Source: Xylella taiwanensis
GTDB lineage: Bacteria > Pseudomonadota > Gammaproteobacteria > Xanthomonadales > Xanthomonadaceae
DNA length: 32,000 bases
Assembly: GCF_013177435.1 (NCBI RefSeq)
Contig: NZ_CP053627.1
Location: 2,190,001-2,222,000, forward strand
Direction: 5' to 3'
The notes beneath the pieces are model-generated. The model was not told the DNA's origin, ran no database searches, and saw only the letters and a list, made by a program, of their open reading frames with translations. The stretch's first letter is position 1. Each line of letters starts with the position of its first letter. Of this stretch, positions 18,622 through 27,104 are shown in pieces. The position numbers and the translations under genes are program-made.

Positions 18622-19578
18622 ATGCAAACCATTGGCAACCTCTGGTTGTGGAGCGGATTCGCAGTCATTGTGATCGCCGCTCTGTTGGTCGATCTGATTC
18701 TGATGCGCCACGGCGGAGCACACAAAGTCACTTTCAAGGAAGCCACTTGGTGGAGCATCGGCTGGGTGTTGCTCGCACTGCTGTTCAATGTCGGACTGTG
18801 GTGGTACTTGCAAGGCACTGCCGGTCCAACCATCGCCAACCGAATTGGCCTTGAGTTCCTCACCGGCTATTTGGTCGAGAAGTCACTAGCGGTCGACAAT
18901 ATTTTCGTGTTTTTGATGGTAATGACCTATTTCGCTGTCCCGGAGGAACAACGCCAACGTGTGCTGATCATCGGTGTGCTCGGCGCAATCGTGCTGCGTG
19001 CACTGATGATTTTTGCAGGCTCGCTGCTGCTGACTCAGTTTCACTGGCTGTTGTACATGTTCGGCCTATTTCTGCTGCTGACCGGGATAAAAATGTGGTT
19101 TTCCGCCGGCAAAGAACCGGACCTGGAAACCAATCCTGCACTGCGCTGGATGCGCAGCCACCTGCGCCTGCATCCGGAATATGCGGGCAATGCGCTGAGC
19201 GTGATGCGTGACGGCAAACGCTGGTTCACGCCATTGTTCGTAGTCATGATGCTGATCGCAGTGATCGACGTGATCTTCGCCGTGGACAGCATTCCGGCCA
19301 TCTTCGCGATCACCACCGATCCATTCATTGTGCTCACCTCCAATGTGTTCGCCGTGTTGGGCCTGCGTGCCATGTTCTTCCTGTTAGCTGGGATGGCCGA
19401 TCGCTTCCACCTATTACCGTACGGGTTAGCAGTGATCCTAATGTTTATCGGTATCAAGATGGTGATCATCGACCTGTACAAGATTCCAGTGCTGGGCTCG
19501 CTTGGGATAGTCATAGCGATCCTAGCCATGACTATCGCACTGAGCTTGATACACCCGCCTAAGCCGACACAACGCTGA
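18622..19578 (+). CDS. alx: TerC-family inner-membrane protein, Alx-like
   Basis: 318 aa. The N-terminus (LWLWSGFAVIVIAALLVDLILMRHGGAHKVTFKEATWWSIGWVLLALLFN) closely parallels E. coli Alx as recalled. Multi-pass membrane profile. Confidence 0.88.
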   Translation: MQTIGNLWLWSGFAVIVIAALLVDLILMRHGGAHKVTFKEATWWSIGWVLLALLFNVGLWWYLQGTAGPTIANRIGLEFLTGYLVEKSLAVDNIFVFLMVMTYFAVPEEQRQRVLIIGVLGAIVLRALMIFAGSLLLTQFHWLLYMFGLFLLLTGIKMWFSAGKEPDLETNPALRWMRSHLRLHPEYAGNALSVMRDGKRWFTPLFVVMMLIAVIDVIFAVDSIPAIFAITTDPFIVLTSNVFAVLGLRAMFFLLAGMADRFHLLPYGLAVILMFIGIKMVIIDLYKIPVLGSLGIVIAILAMTIALSLIHPPKPTQR

Positions 19579-21107
19579 TCTCAGCTCCGGTCAACGGGGC
19601 GTTTCAGCCGTATGGCCACCCCCCTTGGCAACCAAGCCAATGTTTCGATCGGACAATCTTAGGCATGATCGATACTGCTCTCTCCAGTCTGCCCCCAACA
19701 AAGCAAACATCATCATCAGTCACACGTGCTGGAGACATGCAACTTCGAACGAAACGCGGTGTTGTGCTACTAGGCTGTGTTTGCATTTTCACCCATGCTC
19801 CAAACGCACACGCAAGTGAGACACACCCAAAATCGCCTTGACGCATTTTTCGTCTCGCGTGAAAGCTGGACGAACATCCTTGATACGACTGAAGCAGCAC
19901 TGATACCGCATTTTCCTTTGTATGAGCAGATGTCCTGGACTAGTCCTGAAGTAACAATCCACAGCAAGGATTTGTCCAAAACATTCACCACCAAGAGACA
20001 GCCTTGGACTGCAACCACATCGGAAACGTCTGAATGCTTGTGGCCTGCTGTTTTTGAGGCACACGCTATATGCGCTGATGCGCACGCACGATCGTTCAAT
20101 TGATCAGCATATGTTGGACTTCTCTCTGGCCAACCATCCTAAAGGCGAAACGCGGCCCAACATTGTTGCATGTCATCTGGGAAAACGCCTGTACACGATG
20201 TGCCAGGAACCGAATTCCATCGGCACGTCGTACCATCGAAGCTCTGCGCGGACCATCGATCACATCGCCCGAAAGCAGCAGCGGTAACTGACGATCATTG
20301 GACACAAGTCGTCTATCTGGGCAAACACGCCTCCTTTGACATGCTTCCGTACTGCATCACTCAGCAACGTACTCACCCTTCTGACTTGTTCGCACAACAA
20401 GCAGTCTCTAAACAACCGGGGACGTAAACAGATAGCAAGCCATCTTCTTCAGTCAGTACGCCTGCAATACAAACACATGAACTAACGAATATCACCGCTG
20501 GAAAACACCAACCGGAGCAAACCACCCACTACATCGTTGCCACACCGTGCATTGCAACATCTGGGCACCAATACAGCGGTGTTACTGACCCTCAGCCTAC
20601 TTGGCTGTAGCAGACATCCACACACGGCGGTGCTTGCCACGCTGCAATCCCTGGACGACTAGCTTGGCTGCGTGGTGACTTGATGCACCCAGCCATCATT
20701 CCCACAACACAAGGGATATTCTCACGACTTTGAGGTTCATCCTCGGACTACTGCACAAGCGCACTGCGACTTCGTTGCCCAATCGATCGCTTACGGCATG
20801 ATGATGATGGGTGACTGCATGACACTGGTATTGACTGAACGGTCAATAGAATGATCGCTATTGGAGCGTACTGGAACACAGTGTGACACTGTCCAGGTGA
20901 CATGGTTGCTGCTTTCATACTAAGCACGTTCGATCGCGGCCTGCGCTACAACTTCATCTCCTCCACTGGAGGAAGAGATCACACTGCCACTCTCCAGAAT
21001 AGTCGTTGAACTGGTATCTCATGTCGGTCATCCGATCAGATGGCGCACACACTCGCAAGCCACTCCCGTTCAACATAAATCCGCCTCACGCACGCAGCGC
21101 ATTGCTG

Positions 21108-22195
21108 CTACCGTCCATCCACCGCACGCCGCCCCAATGCCGGATCGTCCGTGAAGCAGGCATAGACACCTGCGGTCGAGATAGCGTCGTATCTCGGCAA
21201 TCGCCTCAGCCTCATTACGCTGATTTAAAGCACCACCATCGCTCAGATCGGATGGGAGAAAGCTATTCTCCGGACGGAACGTATCTACATGCACTTGTAA
21301 CCCGGCTGCATGCGCAGCCTGCACAAGTCCCGTCGGCTGGGCCAACCGGTTATTCGCATCACGTGCCACAACCATCCGCACTTCAGGGCCAATGACGTCC
21401 GCATAATGGGCCACCTCACGGAACCCGGCTGGGGTGAGCAAATCGCGGTAACGACGCCCTTTGTCCGGCTCTGCCAGGTCAGGTAGCGCCATATCCAGCT
21501 TGTCAAGCAACTGCAGCAAAAGGATGTTGCTATTGTGTCCAATCCGCCCGCGTAGATAGCGCAAATGACTGCTCTCAAATGACTGAATCACCACCGGCAC
21601 GGTACGGGTGTATGCGTGCGATCGGAGTGCAGCCAACACCTTGGTCTTCCATCGCCAGTCCCAAGCTTCGGAAATAGCTCGAATGTTTGATTTCCGAGAT
21701 GATACCGATCGTGCGTCCGAGCATAGCTGCCTGTGCGGCAACAACATCAATGATCTCATACAGCATGACGATCTGGAATTGACCATCCCAGTGCGTGCCG
21801 CGTCACTGCAGCAGAGGTTCACACGCGCGCAGTGTCCTCAGCTCGGCCAAGGTAAAGTCCTCAGTAAACCAACCGTGCCCACGCTTACCGTCAATCGTCT
21901 TCACCTTCTCGCGTGCAGCAAACTCTAGATGCGCAGCAACATCCGTGGTATCGCCTATCTCATTCTCGTCACGTACCACCAGCACACCATCCTTACTCGA
22001 AACAAGATCAGGTTGGACAAAATCGGCACCATCCGCGATCGCCTTAACATAGGACGCCAGTGTGTGCTCAGGCCGCAATGCGCTGGCACCGCGGTGAGCG
22101 AACACCTGAGGCTTGGACATCAACGGAGCTTCGGCCAAAACTGGCACGTGCAGTCCGAGCAAGATCATGCATATCAGCAGGCGTTGTATCGTCAT
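21108..22195 (-). pseudogene. glpQ: Glycerophosphodiester phosphodiesterase, disrupted by one nonsense codon and two frameshifts
   Basis: Signal peptide [23 protein letters not shown], then [14 protein letters not shown]. An in-frame TGA at 21803-21805 falls within [18 protein letters not shown]. The frame changes near 21640, between GLAMEDQ and VLAALRSHAYTRTVPVVIQSFE. It changes again near 21155-21165. The true C-terminus AGVYACFTDDPALGRRAVDGR* ends at the TAG at 21108-21110. The 1088-nt span is not a multiple of 3. Confidence 0.8.
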
Positions 22196-22391
22196 AGCAT
22201 CACTCTCAGGTTCTATTGGGACTTCAGAGTAGGCTGGTTTCCAGTACCCATTTGGAAGAAGGTTTTTACGTGCATCTGCAGTATCAGCCCCATTTTGAAT
22301 GGGGACGGTCATTCCCTTTCCTCACATTGCTTCGAATGCACGTAGGAGCAAGGACAGGTGTTCTGGAATGCGAACAAAACTGAGTTTCACA

Positions 22392-24050
22392 TTAAAACTT
22401 CCCGTCCAATGTCAGAAACATCTGGGGTAGCAGGCCATCACCCTGCCCTGCAGATCGCTGTTGGTGAAATTGCTCAGGTCTGCGGCGTAGCGCTTGTTGG
22501 GCAGGGGAGTCACGTTGAAGCTGAGTTTGGTCGGCTGCAACAAGGCAATCTGACCGAGGTTGTAACCAACATCAGCTTCGAAGGTGGAGAAGCCACCGCA
22601 CTGGCCAGTGCATTTAGCACGGAGATTTGCATTCCAGCCACTTCATGTCCACGCAATCTCACTAACCAAGATACGTTGAAGTACGTCTACCGTGGTTTTA
22701 CCCGAAGTCGGTACTACTAAATCGCTCTGCACGTAGTCGTCATCGTAAGTCGAGCGGTTGAAAAAAGCGGAGCTGTACCATTGCAATTGCAGATGTTCGC
22801 TAAGTTTCCACAAGAAGGTCAGCTCAGTACCGCGGCTGGTCACCGAGCGAACGTTGTAAAAGCAAGTCATAGCGGTAGCTCAAACCAACTTGTGGTAGAA
22901 ACGGCTGACCGGCCTTCAACTCCCCATTTGCCATCAGTGACTCCACAGGAATCCACGGGGTCTCTCGCACGGTCATCTTGGTGTAGGGACTTTTAACGCC
23001 TACATCCAAGTTCAAACGCTCATCCAGCAACCTGAAGTTACCCTGGACATAGGCTTGTTTGGTGATGATGACATAGTCCTGCGAGAACAGAGGGCAATCT
23101 GGGTTGCTGAGTAAAGAGATCATCGTTTATTGGGTGATCGATCCAATAGAAATTGCGCTCGACGCGGTGCTGATTGTGTTCACAATCAACACCGTCACTA
23201 TAGGCACAACGACTGGCGTCGTCAGTTGTTTTCCCGCAATACGCCGCGGCTAATGCACGGTTCCAGTCAGGTGCGTACAAGTTCGAATTCCAATCCAAAC
23301 CGCGTTCCAAACCGCTCTTGGACAAATAAGCATAGGTCCCGTGAGATATTCATACATGCAGTGAGCTTGTCACTATCGAACTGATATGCCGCTTTGCTAT
23401 TGAACTAGCGCGTCGTGGTTGGCGAATACGGCCTAGCTCACATGTCGGCAGTAACGTCGATGCCGGACAAAGAGGCGGAAAAGCCATTGTGCTCACCAAC
23501 GATTGGTGTCTGAACCCAGGGTATGAGCGACACGACCACCAAATTCCCGAGCAGGATCGCCGGAGTAATACTGAATAGTGCCGCCCAGATTGCTGGTCGA
23601 AGCAGTGCCCAGGCTACCAATACCAAAAGTCAACTCCACGCTGGCGAAGTTTCTAGAAATCAACGCGCGCCTGATGTTCAAACCGTTGTAGTTACCATAA
23701 ACATTGTCCCCAAAAGGCAAACCGTCGAATGTGTAACCCAAGCATGTACCGTTGAAACTACGTAACGTGATCTTCTGCGATTCTTCATGAGCGCCGAATG
23801 CGTCGTTGGACTGAACGTTTACACCCGGCATGCATCCTAGCAATTTTTGAATGCGAGTACCTGCAGGCAATATTGGTCAGTCCTACCGGATGATAGGTTG
23901 CATCTGGCGGGTTTCTCACCGTCCGATGACCGAAACTACACCAAGCTGCTGCACGTCAGCAGCAACAGAGGTAAGCACCGTGTCAGCCTGGGCAGCAAGG
24001 GACGACAGCAGAAAGAGCATGATCACAGAGATGAGCAGGGTGTTTGTAGA
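22392..24050 (-). pseudogene. TonB-dependent outer-membrane receptor, heavily degraded
   Basis: Signal-peptide-like LLISVIMLFLLSSLAAQA with no start codon upstream (a stop is immediately 5'). In-frame stops at 23916-18, 23883-85 and 23877-79. The plug region reads GVNVQSNDAFG..LGYTFDGLPFGDNVYGNYNGLNI..GSLGTASTSNLGGTIQYYSGDP. Beta-barrel fragments lie in several frames. The canonical terminal LTLDGKF* has its stop at 22392-22394. About 1.66 kb in total is short for this family, which suggests internal deletions. Confidence 0.75.
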
Positions 24051-24641
24051 TGAGTAGCAATGAAGTTAGGACATCGTCAAAGCATGCAATGATGATCTTT
24101 CAGAAATACGAGATAGTGGGCTATACCGCATCCTTATGAATGATTCTGGATGACATGAGTTACCAAATGATGTCGCTGAGAAGAACGTAATCTCCTTCAA
24201 CGCATCAATCAGCTCATCAAAATTCAATTGACATTCCAACGTTATGCCAAACATATCAACGGAAATGAATGAGGCAAATTGATGGATGCATCAAGCACAA
24301 ACGCGACACCATTCACCTGCAGAAGTATCCCCAAAGGTGGCTGTACGGCTTCAGGGAGAAGAATTTAATGCAAACGCAGTATCCACCCGTGAAGAAGGGC
24401 GGCAAGCCTGCCTGCCGGAGTTGGCACCATACCCTAGTAGTAGTTACCAACATTGTGTATTGATGGAGGCGCCGTCTTGATCAGCATGTACATTAAGTCC
24501 TAGCTGCAACAAAAAAACAAACCATGATCCCAGCCATACTCGGACAACGAGCTAATACGATCCTCAACAGCTATTCAACATATAGGGCGCTTAGGATGAA
24601 AATAGGCGGCAAAGCACCTCTGAACAAAATAGCCACACAAT

Positions 24642-25028
24642 TTAAACACTGAAACTGCTACCACAACCACAAGTGGTCTTAGCATTGGGATTGCGAATCA
24701 CAAACTTGGCACCAGTGAGGCTCTCAGTGTAGTCGACCTCTGCGCCTAATAGATACTGCAGGCTGAGCGGATCAACCAGCAACACAACACCATCTGTCTC
24801 CAACACTAAATCATCATCAACACGGTTCTCGTCAAACTCAAAACCGTACTGGAAGCCAGAACACCCCCCACCCTCAATGTAAACACGCAAGGCCAAATCA
24901 GCGTTGTTCTCTTCCTGGATCAGTTCACGCACTTTGGCTGCAGCGGCCATAGTGAAATTCAACGGACGCTCCAGCGACTGATAGTCGGGCACTGACGGTG
25001 CGGTGGGCAGAGAAACGAGCGTAATCAT
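24642..25028 (-). CDS. erpA: Iron-sulfur cluster insertion protein ErpA (A-type carrier)
   Basis: 128 aa with GGGCSGFQY and a C-terminal CGCGSSFSV, the conserved Cys ligand pattern of IscA/ErpA proteins. Confidence 0.9.
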   Translation of the reverse strand: MITLVSLPTAPSVPDYQSLERPLNFTMAAAAKVRELIQEENNADLALRVYIEGGGCSGFQYGFEFDENRVDDDLVLETDGVVLLVDPLSLQYLLGAEVDYTESLTGAKFVIRNPNAKTTCGCGSSFSV

Positions 25029-25061
25029 ATATGGGCAACATGAGGTCAGAGGAATAGCGAA

Positions 25062-25496
25062 TCAAGCACCAGCAACAGAGGTCTCCAATTGCAGCGTTGG
25101 CAACGATTCATCTGGAGGTGGCAACGCCGCCTGATTGTTAGTATGTATCAGGCGGCCAGTCAACTGCGCACCAACACGCATCTCTACAACTTGGTAATGC
25201 ACATTGCCATGCACACATGCGTTAGCAGCAAGCTCGACTCGGTCAGCCGCATACACATCGCCGTCAAGCTTACCGTTGATCACAATCACCGGCGCGCGCA
25301 CTTCACCATCAATCCGACCCTGCTCAGCAACGACCAATGTTGCCGATACACCCTCCTCGGCAATTACCTTACCAAAGATATGCCCTTCCACATATAACAC
25401 ACCGCTGAAGCTGATATCGCCATTGATCACTACCTGCGGCCCAATCAAAGTATCGACGACATTACGATCACTACGGTTGGACTTACTTCTAAACAT
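25062..25496 (-). CDS. Bactofilin (polymer-forming cytoskeletal protein, DUF583)
   Basis: Repetitive beta-helix sequence (VVINGDISFSGVLYVEGHIFGKV..RIDGEVRAPVIVINGKLDGDVYA..VHGNVHY). The preferred start is ATG 25496 (MFRSKSNRS), 1 nt after the upstream gene's stop (TAGTATG). The track ORF extends to 25565. Confidence 0.85.
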   Translation of the reverse strand: MFRSKSNRSDRNVVDTLIGPQVVINGDISFSGVLYVEGHIFGKVIAEEGVSATLVVAEQGRIDGEVRAPVIVINGKLDGDVYAADRVELAANACVHGNVHYQVVEMRVGAQLTGRLIHTNNQAALPPPDESLPTLQLETSVAGA

Positions 25497-25497
25497 A

Positions 25498-26232
25498 CTA
25501 TTCTCCAATGCTGCTAGCGGCAAGCTTCCAATTGAAAGTTTGTGTAACAGACATTCCTTGGCCAATAAGCGATATTTTTACACGCTGTGGCGTGAAATCC
25601 AGAGGCAACATCACACTGCCCTGCAACTGCTGGAAGTAACGGAATGAATAAGATTGTCCCGGGACATCGGTTTTCTGATGCAAATCGTTCCAGCTTACCG
25701 TGGTCAGTTTACCCGCACGCACGCCCTCTACCGAGAAGCGCAACTGACCCTGGCTTATTGCACCACGATTGAGATTCTGTGTCAGCACTACATTATAAAC
25801 CCAAACCCCGCTGGGCTTGCGCATAAATTCAATCGAATGTGTATTCAGGCCCTTGCGCTGCGCAGTGGCACCAACAAGCCGCTCGTAAAACGCCACATCA
25901 GCACGCAATGCAGCAATTTGTTCGTCCCGTTCTGTAAGCAACGATTGGACATCAACATTCGCTGCACGGCTGATCTGATCTGATATCTCGAGATTGATCT
26001 GACGCTGCTGCAATCTTTGGATCTGGTGCGCCTGAGAAGCTTGAGTCTGGTGTGATTGGCGCAGCTGTGCTTCGGTCTCAGCCAGATGCGGTACGACCGA
26101 ATGGCTAGCCATCCACCATGTCAAGGCTAATGAAACCAGCCAAAACACCGCCAATAGGATCCAACGCAAAAACATGCTGCTGCGCTGAGACGAAACGACG
26201 GATAACGTACGATGAAAGATTGGTCGCTGCAT
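25498..26232 (-). CDS. Uncharacterised single-pass membrane protein with a coiled-coil segment, translationally coupled to bactofilin
   Basis: 244 aa: TM helix FLRWILLAVFWLVSLALTWWMA, a Gln-rich coiled coil (AQLRQSHQTQASQAHQIQRLQQRQINLE), then a beta-rich C-terminal domain. I recall similar proteins being annotated DUF6776 next to bactofilin genes in Xanthomonadales; this is unverified here. Confidence 0.6.
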   Translation of the reverse strand: MQRPIFHRTLSVVSSQRSSMFLRWILLAVFWLVSLALTWWMASHSVVPHLAETEAQLRQSHQTQASQAHQIQRLQQRQINLEISDQISRAANVDVQSLLTERDEQIAALRADVAFYERLVGATAQRKGLNTHSIEFMRKPSGVWVYNVVLTQNLNRGAISQGQLRFSVEGVRAGKLTTVSWNDLHQKTDVPGQSYSFRYFQQLQGSVMLPLDFTPQRVKISLIGQGMSVTQTFNWKLAASSIGE

Positions 26233-27104
26233 CTGCGGTCCATATCTGAGGAAACTCGGGTACCCAGTTTAAGCCAACACATACCAACACTATGGCGAAA
26301 TATCTCAAGCTAATGCCCTTCCAGATTAAACACACAATATGAAGCGAGACATCCATTGGAGGAGATATTATCGTGTTAGATACCTAGATCACTCACTGGA
26401 TCAAAACATGACAGCACTGAAAACAATCCACGCTATAAGTTGAGTACCACTTTGAGATTACCCCTGACCATCAGGCCTACACTAACAACAATAAAAACTT
26501 GATCATGAAATTGCTGTTGGCCCTAGGTAGATTCAAGTTAGCCTTAACTCCTGAGCAATGACTTCAAAGTATGCCTCAGAGTTTCCCAATTAACACTTAT
26601 CAATAAAAAATACATTAATTAATGAGTTTTTCTTAACAAATATTATTCATAATATCCGATTCATTATATATTTCCTGGCATGATCAGACATGCACTGAAG
26701 ATAAAGATTAGTCAATTTTCATCAATAAGCACCTTGCCTAAGCCAAGCAGCGACTGACATTACTTCGCTCAAACATGGATAACTATGGTGTTGCGGCCGC
26801 AGTGTTACTCAGCATATATACTTAAAAGCTCTGAGCAATGCAGGGTTGAAAATATACAAAGATAGTCGATGACCACCACGCATGTTACTACTCCAAATGG
26901 ATGACAGACACGTTCTTGGCCGGTCTGTGGCAACCTATATACATCGCAGCAAGTAAAATAGCGAGAAAAAAATCAGATAATGATTTCAATCTAGAGTGAG
27001 TGGCTATGAACCCAAAAAACATGGTTTCCATCGCCCTGAGGGATGTCTTACACCCCATGCTATGCCAATGAAACCCACACTACAGGACCACTGAGAATCC
27101 CGAG

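Noticed and set aside
19041-19529. A 162-aa minus-strand ORF antisense to alx.
   Set aside because: It lies entirely within the Alx/TerC coding frame, which matches the E. coli protein closely. It is a shadow ORF.
22358-22720. A 120-aa plus-strand ORF and other short ORFs across 22358-24057.
   Set aside because: They are antisense or out-of-frame readings of the TonB-dependent receptor remnant, whose minus-strand fragments carry the recognisable family motifs.
26551-26840. A 10-mer CTGAGCAATG repeated at 26551-26560 and 26831-26840 in the AT-rich spacer.
   Set aside because: By rough estimate, one repeated 10-mer in about 870 bp is expected by chance about one time in three. There is no extended similarity around the copies.
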